DNA from: Promethearchaeota archaeon
GTDB taxonomy: Archaea > Asgardarchaeota > Lokiarchaeia > Sigyniarchaeales > SOKP01
DNA: 64,000 nt
Reading direction: 5' to 3'
Assembly: GCA_019057865.1 (NCBI GenBank)
Contig: JAHLWP010000001.1
Location: 160,001 to 224,000 of the forward strand
Shown: piece by piece, positions 20,334 to 29,719 of the stretch
Position numbering within the stretch: the first letter of the stretch is position 1
Layout of the letters: each line of letters starts with the position of its first letter
The notes under the pieces: model-generated
The model's database searches: none
Told to the model about the DNA's origin: nothing
The model's input: the letters and a program-made list of their open reading frames with translations, nothing else
Made by a program: the position numbers and the translations under genes

Positions 20334-20968
20334 ATTTGCTTAAAACCTTCTTTATCTATAGTACATAATTGAATTTTAAATCCAGATGCGGCATCCCTTT
20401 CTCGAGAACTTGAGATTGCTGTTTTTACAAGCTCTGTACCATCTTCTTTTGTCATATTGAGTTTCCAATCAGCTTCTAAAACACCTAGAGAAAATGGAGA
20501 TCCAGACCCAAATGATATAAATTTATCTTCTTCATAAAGAGTACCTAAGAGATCGATACCATAAAGTTTTCCAGCATTTTCTTTTAGAGAATATCCCCCT
20601 ACAATCATCATAGAAACAAAAAATGATCTGCCTGAAAAGAGAATATTTCTTGTAATGCTTGCTATATATTTTGGTTCGGGGACTTTCTCTTCTTCAACTT
20701 CTTTTAATCGGGATAAAGCATAAAGTTGATTAATGACATATTGGCAATCAGCAACACCACCAGATATAGTCGCTGCGGTATATTTATTTATTTCAAATAA
20801 TTTCTTTGCCTGTTTAGTAGCTACTGTGAAACCGGCAGTTGCTTGAGATTCAGTACCCATAATAACTCCATCACTAACAATAATGCCAACTGTAGTAGTC
20901 CCGGATTGCAATGCTTTATTTATCGACTCTTGATCTAAATTGTGGGGATTTAAATTGTTTTCAGTCAT
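20327..20968 (-). CDS. psmB: Proteasome subunit beta
   Basis: Propeptide then G|TTTVG; GSGS; RDAASG. Confidence 0.95.
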   Translation of the reverse strand: MTENNLNPHNLDQESINKALQSGTTTVGIIVSDGVIMGTESQATAGFTVATKQAKKLFEINKYTAATISGGVADCQYVINQLYALSRLKEVEEEKVPEPKYIASITRNILFSGRSFFVSMMIVGGYSLKENAGKLYGIDLLGTLYEEDKFISFGSGSPFSLGVLEADWKLNMTKEDGTELVKTAISSSRERDAASGFKIQLCTIDKEGFKQIQ

Positions 20969-21148
20969 TTTAAAGTAAGATTATTCTATTATTATCAATA
21001 ATAAATTAAGTGGTTTAATTTAAATAAAAATTGTTTCTATATTTATTTTACTTTAATAAATCATAATTAATGTAGATTTTTAAAAAAATTTTAAAGATAT
21101 CCTTTCTTATCAAAAATAATAAATTGGACTAATTTTGGTTAACCTTTC

Positions 21149-21526
21149 ATGGCAAGAAGCCAAGCTCGAAGTAAAAGGAAATTTACTGGAAAAAAATACA
21201 AGCATTTCAAGAAAAAAAGGAAAAGAGAACTCGAACGCCCAAGAATTGATACTACAATAGGTGAGAAGAAGAATAAGAAACAACGGGTTATGGGGGGAAA
21301 TACAAAATTAAAACTATTCTCCTCTCAGTATATAAATGTAACAGACCCTAATACAAATAAAACATCTAGGGTGAGAATTTTAGACTTTGAGAGTAATGAT
21401 GCTTCAAAAGACTTGAATCGTAGGCATATCTTAACCAAAGGAGCTGTTGTTGAAACAGAATTAGGAAATGCAAAAATTTCTTCACGCCCCGGTCAGGATG
21501 GAATTTTAAATGGAGTTTTAGTTTAA
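21149..21526 (+). CDS. rps8e: 30S ribosomal protein S8e
   Basis: RVMGGNTK, LTKGAVVETELG, SRPGQDG. Confidence 0.97.
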   Translation: MARSQARSKRKFTGKKYKHFKKKRKRELERPRIDTTIGEKKNKKQRVMGGNTKLKLFSSQYINVTDPNTNKTSRVRILDFESNDASKDLNRRHILTKGAVVETELGNAKISSRPGQDGILNGVLV

Positions 21527-21534
21527 AATTTAGC

Positions 21535-21906
21535 TTATTCTTGAATTTTAATGTTCTTAACGTTTGCTTTTTTACCTTCGATAATCTCAGTATTATTACT
21601 TCCACAATGTTTACATCTAAAAAGTTGAAGTCCAGTTAACTGAGCCTCTCTTGTTAGTGATACTTCCGAATTTTTATTACATTCTCGACATTTAACTTTT
21701 CCCGGAAGAATTTTAATATTTAGTGTTGCTCCTTCTGCTATTGAACCTTTAGTAGCCATTTCAAATGATCGTCGAAGAAGGTCAGGAACAATTAAAGTCA
21801 ATTCTCCAATTTCAAGAAGAACTTCCGAGATCTTTTTTGCATTGTATTTCAATGCTGTAGCTTCAGCTACTTTAAAAATATTATAGGCAAAAGCAAATTC
21901 GTGCAT
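21535..21906 (-). CDS. hypA: Hydrogenase maturation nickel metallochaperone
   Basis: MHE start, IGELT, CREC...CKHCGS. Confidence 0.93.
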   Translation of the reverse strand: MHEFAFAYNIFKVAEATALKYNAKKISEVLLEIGELTLIVPDLLRRSFEMATKGSIAEGATLNIKILPGKVKCRECNKNSEVSLTREAQLTGLQLFRCKHCGSNNTEIIEGKKANVKNIKIQE

Positions 21907-21915
21907 TTATGGAAT

Positions 21916-22212
21916 TTAATTTTTTGTTTGCATTTTTCTAATTTCTTTTGCTATTTCTAGCATCACTTTTGATTTTTTCTTTCCCTTAATATCTATTAAA
22001 ACTCTCCCTGGATCCTCCCACCATGTTCTTGGATAGTTATAACCTTCCTCAAGTTGAGCATTGTATCCCAATCGTTTTGCAGCTTTAAGTAGAGACTCGG
22101 TGCTCATTCTTTCAATTGCGAATGTTTTAGAAATACGCCTTCCTTCGGCTCTGCTTTTTTTTGCATCGAAATAAGCAGGCCAAAAAATTATAAATGGTTT
22201 ACGTGAACGCAT
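21916..22212 (-). CDS. srp19: Signal recognition particle 19 kDa protein
   Basis: WPAYFD..KSRAEGRRI, YPR.WW..GRV. Confidence 0.95.
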   Translation of the reverse strand: MRSRKPFIIFWPAYFDAKKSRAEGRRISKTFAIERMSTESLLKAAKRLGYNAQLEEGYNYPRTWWEDPGRVLIDIKGKKKSKVMLEIAKEIRKMQTKN

Positions 22213-22370
22213 TTAAATCATTAAGTGAAAAATTTTGAAAAAATATAAGATAAAAAACTCTCTAAGAAATATAAAAATTATTGGTTTAAAATATAAAAAT
22301 TCTCAAAAATAAATTTTATTTAAGAGCATTTACTATTCTTATCATAACTTTTAAAACCCTTTTTTACCCG

Positions 22371-22503
22371 GGGAGGGTAGTCTAGATTGGTATGATACTC
22401 GGCTGGGGTAATCTCTGCATTTGCTGAGTTTTCAGAAGCCGAGTGGTCGGGGGTTCAACGAATTTCCCGTTTCGGGCATCCCGAACAAATCCCCCCTCTC
22501 CCA
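22371..22503 (+). tRNA. tRNA-Pro(GGG) with two introns: 22409-22437 (37/38) and 22459-22488 (58/59)
   Basis: Acceptor GGGAGGG/CTCTCCC, anticodon stem CTCGG/CCGAG, T arm GGGGG-TTCAA^AT-CCCCC; BHB helices CTGG/TCAG and GTTC/GAAC. Confidence 0.9.
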
Positions 22504-22629
22504 TTTTACTAACTTTTTATATTATTAATAAAAAATAGAAATTGTATTCTTAAAAATTGTTAAATTTGGTATAGATTTTTAAGTAGGTAAAAGCTATTTC
22601 TTTATAAAATTAAATCATTTTGTGATCAT

Positions 22630-22935
22630 ATGTTTAGTGCAATTCAAGAAGCAGATAAAACCATGCGTGGTTTAGCTATTTTTGGGGGAATAGTGGGAGT
22701 GATTGAAGCGTTTATAGATTTAGCTGGCTTTGGATTATTTAAATGGGGACTGTTGGGTATAGCTGGAACAATAATTGCTCTCATAATTGCTATAATAGCT
22801 ATTTTTTTAGGATTTAGACCGATTCATTATATTCCTGCTATTTTAGGAGTAATAGGACTTTTTTTAATAATTTTTGGAATATTAATTGGAGGAATAATTG
22901 TACTCCTTGCGGCTTTTTTAGGAGCCCTTAGTTAA
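22630..22935 (+). CDS. Small membrane protein
   Basis: Gly/Ile-rich, 3-4 TM helices. Confidence 0.7.
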   Translation: MFSAIQEADKTMRGLAIFGGIVGVIEAFIDLAGFGLFKWGLLGIAGTIIALIIAIIAIFLGFRPIHYIPAILGVIGLFLIIFGILIGGIIVLLAAFLGALS

Positions 22936-22972
22936 TTTTTAAACATTTTTTTTTCTTTTTCTTTTGAAAGTA

Positions 22973-22992
22973 CGTGAAACCTAAATTTCACG
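22973..22992. promoter_or_regulatory. Candidate operator palindrome upstream of the GH3 gene
   Basis: CGTGAAA-N6-TTTCACG about 95 bp before the ATG. Confidence 0.4.
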
Positions 22993-23087
22993 AACAATAA
23001 TTCTATTTATTAATTTTTAAAGTAAAGTCATATTTACTAATATTAATGGAATTTAGGGAATTAATTATACATTAATGTTGAAACGAT

Positions 23088-25550
23088 ATGAATTTAGATA
23101 AGAAAAATGATAGAACGCTCTATTTAGATTCTTCTCAACCTATTAAAAAAAGAGTTGAGGATCTCCTCTCAAGAATGACTATCGAAGAAAAAGTAGCTCA
23201 ACTTGGTTCTCAGTACCCAAAGGCTGTATTAGAGGCCAAGGAGTTATCAGTTGAAAAAATGGAAAAACATTTTAGGTATGGTATTGGTCAAATTTCTCGA
23301 ATTGGAGGACTTATGAATATAGCCCCTGAAAAATCTGCAAAAATTGCTAATAAAATACAGAAATTTTTAAAGGAAAAAACAAGGTTAGGAATACCAGCAA
23401 TAATTCATGAAGAATGTTTATGTGGCTTTACGTCAAGAGAAGGAACAGTTTTTCCACAAATCATTGGAGTCGCTTCTACATGGGATCCAGAGATTGTTGA
23501 AGCTATGACAAGTATAATTGGAAAACAGATGCGTATTGTTGGTGCTCATCAAGCTCTTTCTCCCGTTCTTGATATAGCTCGTGATCCAAGATGGGGTAGA
23601 ACGGAAGAAACATTTGGTGAGGACCCGTATCTAGTATCTCGTATGGGTGTTGCATATGTAAAGGGGTTACAAGGTGATTCACTTAAGACTGGAATTATTG
23701 CAACAGGGAAACATTTTTTGGGGTATGGGTTACCACAGGGAGGGAGAAATTGGGGACCCGCATTTATCCCTAAAAGAGAGTTATTGGAAGTATATGCAAA
23801 ACCATTTGAAGCAGCAATAGTGGAATCTAATATCGGTTCAATTATGAATGCTTATCATGAAATTGATGGAATTCCTTGTGGTATATCACATGAATTATTG
23901 ACAGATTTGTTAAGGGATAAATTAGGTTTTACTGGTATGGTTGTTTCAGATTATGTTACACTTGAACTTGCATGTTTATTACACCGAATAGCTAAGGATC
24001 CGACTGAAGCGGCAATTCTAGCAATAAAAGCGGGTCTTGATGTAGAACTTCCCAGAACCACAGGCTATGGGAGGGGTTTTATTAGAGCTGTTAAAAATGG
24101 AGAAGTAGATGAAAAATTTGTAAATAGATCTGTTGCTCGAGTTTTGAAGAAGAAATTTGAACTCGGTTTATTCGAAAATCCATATATTGATGATAACCCA
24201 GAAAAAATTGCGGAAACAGTTTTAAATCCAGACTCTAAGGCTCTGGCTAAAAAAATAGCTCTTAAATCTATGATCTTACTAAAAAATGAGAATGAACTTT
24301 TGCCTCTAAAGAAAAATGTAAAATCTATTGCTATTATTGGTCCAAATGCAGATAGTATACGAAATCTTTTTGGTGATTACACTTTTGTAAGTCAATTTGA
24401 AGCTTCTTTTGCTGATGTAAGTACTATAGGTGATCTTGATGAAGATACAGTATCTCTTTATAGAGATTTACTAGAAAATGATGATAAAGATGCATTTACT
24501 CGCAGTATTTATAATATTAAGAGCATCTTAGAAGCTATAAAACAGAAGGTTTCTAAAAATACTAAAGTATATTATACTATAGGGTCTGAAATTCTTGATT
24601 ATGATAAGAAAGGGTTTAGTAAAGCAATTGAAATTGCCAAAAAAGCTGAGGTTGCAATTCTAGTTATGGGAGGAAAATCAGGAATGATAAAAGATTGCAC
24701 AAGTGGTGAGTTTCGTGATCGTACTAGACTTACATTACCAGGTGTGCAAGAGGATTTAGTCCGAGAAATCTATGCTACAGGTACTCCAATTGTATTACTA
24801 TTAATCAATGGTCGTCCATTATCAATTCCGTGGGAAAAGGAACATATTCCTGCTATTTTGGAAGCTTGGGTACCTGGTGAAAAAGGAGCTGATGCTGTTG
24901 CCGATGTGTTATTTGGTGATTATAATCCAGGAGGAAAATTACCAATATCTATTCCTCGTAATGTAGGACAGATTCCAGTTTTTCATAATCACAAACCTAC
25001 TGGAAATTTATCAGTTACAACGTGGAATTACGTTGAAGAGAATACAGAACCTCTATTTCCTTTTGGATATGGTTTAAGTTATACTCAATTTGAATATAGT
25101 GATTTAAGGATCAATAAAGCTCAAGTTGATATTAATGAAGAAGTTGAAATTTCATTGAAAGTTAAAAATATTGGCAAGCTTCGTGGCGATGAGATAATTC
25201 AGCTGTATTTTCATGATCGAGAGGCAACTATTACTCGCCCCATTGAAGAATTAATTGGATTTAAACGGATAACTTTAGAGCCTAGAGAAATTGCAACAAT
25301 AAGATTTGTTATTTCAATGAAGCAACTGGGATTTTATAATGAAAATATGGAATATGTTGTAGAACCGGGTAATATTGATGTCTATGTCGGTAGCATCCAT
25401 TCACTCCATAGTTCAAAACAGTTAGATCTTATGAATGACTTACTTTCGCATAGAGATGTGAAATTAAAAAGTCAATTCAAAATTATTGGTGAAGCAATAA
25501 AATTAGATAAGAATAAAGTGTTTTTCTCAAAAGTTTTAGTTAAAAAATAA
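23088..25550 (+). CDS. Glycoside hydrolase family 3 (beta-glucosidase/xylosidase)
   Basis: RDPRWGRTEETFGEDP, KHF, VVSDY nucleophile, FPFGYGLSYT, Fn3-like C-terminus. Confidence 0.95.
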   Translation: MNLDKKNDRTLYLDSSQPIKKRVEDLLSRMTIEEKVAQLGSQYPKAVLEAKELSVEKMEKHFRYGIGQISRIGGLMNIAPEKSAKIANKIQKFLKEKTRLGIPAIIHEECLCGFTSREGTVFPQIIGVASTWDPEIVEAMTSIIGKQMRIVGAHQALSPVLDIARDPRWGRTEETFGEDPYLVSRMGVAYVKGLQGDSLKTGIIATGKHFLGYGLPQGGRNWGPAFIPKRELLEVYAKPFEAAIVESNIGSIMNAYHEIDGIPCGISHELLTDLLRDKLGFTGMVVSDYVTLELACLLHRIAKDPTEAAILAIKAGLDVELPRTTGYGRGFIRAVKNGEVDEKFVNRSVARVLKKKFELGLFENPYIDDNPEKIAETVLNPDSKALAKKIALKSMILLKNENELLPLKKNVKSIAIIGPNADSIRNLFGDYTFVSQFEASFADVSTIGDLDEDTVSLYRDLLENDDKDAFTRSIYNIKSILEAIKQKVSKNTKVYYTIGSEILDYDKKGFSKAIEIAKKAEVAILVMGGKSGMIKDCTSGEFRDRTRLTLPGVQEDLVREIYATGTPIVLLLINGRPLSIPWEKEHIPAILEAWVPGEKGADAVADVLFGDYNPGGKLPISIPRNVGQIPVFHNHKPTGNLSVTTWNYVEENTEPLFPFGYGLSYTQFEYSDLRINKAQVDINEEVEISLKVKNIGKLRGDEIIQLYFHDREATITRPIEELIGFKRITLEPREIATIRFVISMKQLGFYNENMEYVVEPGNIDVYVGSIHSLHSSKQLDLMNDLLSHRDVKLKSQFKIIGEAIKLDKNKVFFSKVLVKK

Positions 25551-25564
25551 TACAATTGACAAGT

Positions 25565-26425
25565 CTATTTTGATAATGCTAACGCTAAGATTAATGCCCC
25601 TTGAATTTCAGAAATGTTTCCCACTCTTGAAGTATCTATTATAGTATTATTTAATCCCATATAAATTGCTCCATGCGCTTTTCCTCCGCCCAGGTGAACT
25701 AGCGTCCGATAGATCAAGTTACCGGAGATCCCGTTTGGTGCAATAATTAAATTCGATCTTTTCTCAATAGCTTTTTCTATTAGAATTTCATCGTGAGCAA
25801 TTTTTATATCTGGATACTCTTCTTGTATAAATTTAACTACATCATTAGCAATATCAATTGTTTTATCTACACTTTCATCTCTGCCAAAATCGCTTTTTCT
25901 TCCACCACTTAAAATACTAATTTTTGGTTCAATTTTTAAGTAAATAAACTCATTTATAGCTTTTCTTATATAACTAATTTTCTTTTCTAAGGTATTGCAC
26001 TCATCTATACCAACTGGTCCAAAAAAAAATTGAATTCCATTAGATGTCTCTAATAATGCTAACCGATTTAATTCCTTTATGTTTAAATAATTTTTAACTA
26101 TATTAAGAAATTTGTGAGAATCTAGAGAACCACGAATAATTCCATTTATTTTTTTGTTAATAAGACACTCCATCATTTCTTTCTCTGGTTCATTTGTTTT
26201 GATTAACGAAATCCTAGATTTGTATTCATTATATAATTCTGTATTTCTAATTTGCTCAATTGAGTCTTTTATTCCAAAATAATAAATTTTTGAATTATTC
26301 TCATTAAGAAATTTAATCGTAGCATTGAATACTTTATTGTTATGAAACTGTGAGGTTCCTAAGCCTATTCCTATTTTAGCCGTCTTTCCTTTTGCTTTTG
26401 ATTTGAATTTATTTAAGATGCTCAT
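25565..26425 (-). CDS. mtxX: MtxX / methanogenesis marker 4 family protein
   Basis: PVGIDE, LSGGRKSDFGR...VD.TI, APNGISGNLIYRTL..LGGG, DTSR. Confidence 0.8.
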   Translation of the reverse strand: MSILNKFKSKAKGKTAKIGIGLGTSQFHNNKVFNATIKFLNENNSKIYYFGIKDSIEQIRNTELYNEYKSRISLIKTNEPEKEMMECLINKKINGIIRGSLDSHKFLNIVKNYLNIKELNRLALLETSNGIQFFFGPVGIDECNTLEKKISYIRKAINEFIYLKIEPKISILSGGRKSDFGRDESVDKTIDIANDVVKFIQEEYPDIKIAHDEILIEKAIEKRSNLIIAPNGISGNLIYRTLVHLGGGKAHGAIYMGLNNTIIDTSRVGNISEIQGALILALALSK

Positions 26426-26445
26426 CTTTCAAGTTGGTTAAAATT

Positions 26446-27576
26446 TTAAACCATTCCATAAACTATAAACGCTAAAGTTATTGTTATAGCATCATATACT
26501 CCATGAGTTATAACCACTGTAATTAAATTTTCATTTCTCCAGTAATAAAGCCATCCTATCATTAAGGAAATGGAGAAATAAGGAATAAATGACAATAAAA
26601 ATGAAACTACAAAAGCTAATGGAGATTCTGAGGCAATAAAAAAAAATCCAATTAAATGAAACAATGAAAATATTAATGCTGAAATTATAATGCCCCAAAT
26701 ATTTCCTAAATTCCGCACTAGTCCTTTTTGCATAAATCCTCTAAATATTATTTCCTCAGATGTCCCTATGATTAAAATCATTACGATGGCGAAGATAATT
26801 AAACTGAAAATATCTAATGATGAGACTATTATTTCGACATCAGTTGTAGTACCACTAGTATCACGTATAATATCAACTCCAAAAATTATTTCTAAAATAA
26901 TTTCTATAAATATTGAAGATACAACTACTACTATTATTCCAATTGCTGCAAAAGCTAAGCCAATTAACACTTCTTTATAAATTCCTTTTCTCTCATATCC
27001 TCGGGAAGTAAATCCTAACAAAATTAATCGATTTTCAAAAGAAGGTGTTTGGAGATACTTTCCAACATATAGTACAGGTACAAGAATAAAGACTAGTTCA
27101 AAAAAAGATGAAAAAATTATAAAGTATGGATTGTACATTAAATCAGTTAAACTTTCCAAATCAGTAGTAAAAAACGCTAACATCGCAAGAAATCCTGCTA
27201 CTAAGAAACTCATGAGTATATATGCTCCTATTGGTAAACCAAGAGAAGTCATTATCCCCCATAATTTTAAATCTTTTGTATTAGTGATACTGTCATCAGA
27301 AATCTTTTCAATTCCATAATAAATTTTAGAAGGGTAGTATTGGGGATACGATATGGTTCTAATATGCTGACTAGGTGGAAATTTTTTATGTTCCTTAATA
27401 TATGTAATATTTGTCCGACATTTTATACAAAATTTAAGATTTTTGATTTTTGGAAGTTTATTTCCACATATTGGACAATATAACCAATCTAATTTGCTTT
27501 CATTACTATCTACATTCTCTTGAGACTTAATAAGATCTTCTTCTTTATATTGATCTTTTAGTTCTTTATCACTCAT
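26446..27576 (-). CDS. CPBP (CAAX/Abi) intramembrane metalloprotease with N-terminal Zn ribbon
   Basis: EEIIFRG, FSLFH, HGVYD; CPICG...CIKC. Confidence 0.88.
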   Translation of the reverse strand: MSDKELKDQYKEEDLIKSQENVDSNESKLDWLYCPICGNKLPKIKNLKFCIKCRTNITYIKEHKKFPPSQHIRTISYPQYYPSKIYYGIEKISDDSITNTKDLKLWGIMTSLGLPIGAYILMSFLVAGFLAMLAFFTTDLESLTDLMYNPYFIIFSSFFELVFILVPVLYVGKYLQTPSFENRLILLGFTSRGYERKGIYKEVLIGLAFAAIGIIVVVVSSIFIEIILEIIFGVDIIRDTSGTTTDVEIIVSSLDIFSLIIFAIVMILIIGTSEEIIFRGFMQKGLVRNLGNIWGIIISALIFSLFHLIGFFFIASESPLAFVVSFLLSFIPYFSISLMIGWLYYWRNENLITVVITHGVYDAITITLAFIVYGMV

Positions 27577-27667
27577 TGTTAAGTTATAAGAATAAATTCA
27601 TTTACAAAAAATTTTATATTTCAAATTATAAAAAGTTCAGTTAAAAAGTTAGTTTAAAATAATAGAA

Positions 27668-29635
27668 TTAATATAAACTTCTCATTAATCTAAATAATTG
27701 CATAACTTCATCTGTCTTAAGAAAATCATGATAGAGATCTTTACCTAGCAATTTAGGATTCTCAATTTTTATAATTTCTTCTACTTCTAATTTAAGTTTA
27801 ATTGATGGCATCCAAAAAGTCTTATTTGAATGTTGATATTCAATCATTACCATAAAAGGAAAAATTCCTTTTTCCTTAGGGACAATTTTTATTTTTAATT
27901 TTCTCCTTTCATTTGCTTTTAACTTATTTAAACTTAAAAATTTTAATTTTGATTGAAAAGAGTTAGGCATAAAGAAATATATCTTTATATTTTTTATATC
28001 AGTTAGATTAGGATTTTCGATTATGAGGGTTATAATATCGGGATTATTTACCTTAAAACTATGATTTTGAATATCAATATCTATAAAAAGGGGATATGGT
28101 ACATATTCTTCATTTAAAGTAAAGCTCATATCAACAAGTTTTTGAAGATTAGGCTTTAATTTTGAGCTAAACTGATTTCTCTGTTCTTCAATTGAAAGGA
28201 TATTCTTACTTCTAAAATCTTCAAAATCTTTTAATAAACGGTTGATGTATTTCGAGATATAATTATCAAATTCTGTATGTTTACCTGAAATAAATGACAT
28301 CAATTTTTTATAATATCCAGATTCAAGGTTTCTAAGAAGAGGTTTCTTAAACAGATTATCAATAAAATTCTTTAATAATTCATCTAATTTCATTAGATCT
28401 TCACGTTCAATTTCAAATTTCTGGATAATTTTATCGTTATAAATATCAATCCGTATAAAATCGCTTAGTGTATCTAAAACTTCAATTGCTTCTAAGTTAT
28501 AATTTTCAAACGCTTTACTTATCATATCATCTAATAAATCATCAAATTTTTGAATATTCTTATTTTTGTAATCGATAAATTCAGTACGATATGATTCTAA
28601 ATAATCAATTAATTGCCCAGAATGTAATTTTAAGAGCTTCCTTTGATATTTCTGGTATTTTTTTGAAACATCATTAATTAAATTTTTAAAATCATGTAGC
28701 TTATTAAGATTTTTTTCTGTATTAAAGATTAAATTCTCTTTAAAAGGTTCAATCGAAACAATTGGATCGATGACTTTTACCTTTTCTAAAACAAGGCAAG
28801 TATCTCTTTCTAATTGATATATTTGTTCAATTTGTGAATATAAATTAAATATCTGAATATTCTTTTCTTCAATTTGATTTAATTCTTTTAGGAGATCTTT
28901 AAGTTTTTCTGAGAAGTATCGAGGATTTTCAGTTAAAACATTTCTTAAAATAATAACAAAATTAACAAGTACAGAGTATAATTTTTCCTCCTTAGCTAAA
29001 TTAAAGTTATGGTCCTCAAATTGCGTAATTTTACAATAATCAACAATATTCTGATAACTTCTCTCAGTAAGTTGATAGTGCTTATGACAGTCTTTTAATC
29101 TTATTGATTTTTTAGCTAAATAGCTATAATATAAGCCCAATAATGATTTATTTATTATATATGTAAGATCTCTTATTCTTTGAAATTTACTTCTAGTATT
29201 TTCCTCTTTAATATAGATTAATAAGTAATTTTCTATTATTATTTCTAAATTACCAGCAGCGCGTATCAATTTAAATAGTTTTGCTGGATTAATATCAAGA
29301 TCATTTAACTTTGTTATGATTAAATGTCTATATTCATTAAAATTAAAATTTAACTTCCGAAAATAAGACTCAATTAAGGATTTTCTTCTTTCTATTTCAT
29401 TAGTATTAATTTTTCTCTTATTTTTAATTGATGTGATATTTAAAATTTCTGTTATATAATTCTTGTGCACGTAGACCGATTCCATATATAAATTATTTGT
29501 TTTACAATAAAAACACTGGACAATGGAACCTTTTACAACCGCCAGACCATTTCCACATCGCTTACACGGAAGAAATAACACTTTAAATATCACAATTAAA
29601 ATTGAGTTACTATTCTTAAAATATACATTTGACAA
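27668..29635 (-). CDS. Hypothetical protein: Zn finger, helical region, C-terminal Ig-like domain
   Basis: CKRCG...CFYC; IENPNLTDIKNIKIYF beta-rich end; true start probably the GTG just before LFLPC. Confidence 0.6.
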   Translation of the reverse strand: MSNVYFKNSNSILIVIFKVLFLPCKRCGNGLAVVKGSIVQCFYCKTNNLYMESVYVHKNYITEILNITSIKNKRKINTNEIERRKSLIESYFRKLNFNFNEYRHLIITKLNDLDINPAKLFKLIRAAGNLEIIIENYLLIYIKEENTRSKFQRIRDLTYIINKSLLGLYYSYLAKKSIRLKDCHKHYQLTERSYQNIVDYCKITQFEDHNFNLAKEEKLYSVLVNFVIILRNVLTENPRYFSEKLKDLLKELNQIEEKNIQIFNLYSQIEQIYQLERDTCLVLEKVKVIDPIVSIEPFKENLIFNTEKNLNKLHDFKNLINDVSKKYQKYQRKLLKLHSGQLIDYLESYRTEFIDYKNKNIQKFDDLLDDMISKAFENYNLEAIEVLDTLSDFIRIDIYNDKIIQKFEIEREDLMKLDELLKNFIDNLFKKPLLRNLESGYYKKLMSFISGKHTEFDNYISKYINRLLKDFEDFRSKNILSIEEQRNQFSSKLKPNLQKLVDMSFTLNEEYVPYPLFIDIDIQNHSFKVNNPDIITLIIENPNLTDIKNIKIYFFMPNSFQSKLKFLSLNKLKANERRKLKIKIVPKEKGIFPFMVMIEYQHSNKTFWMPSIKLKLEVEEIIKIENPKLLGKDLYHDFLKTDEVMQLFRLMRSLY

Positions 29636-29719
29636 TCAAATATTAAAATATTTGTATTGAATTTATCATATCAAGATATTTTGAAGTATTCCTAAAAAGT
29701 AACTTAATATTTTTTAGCT

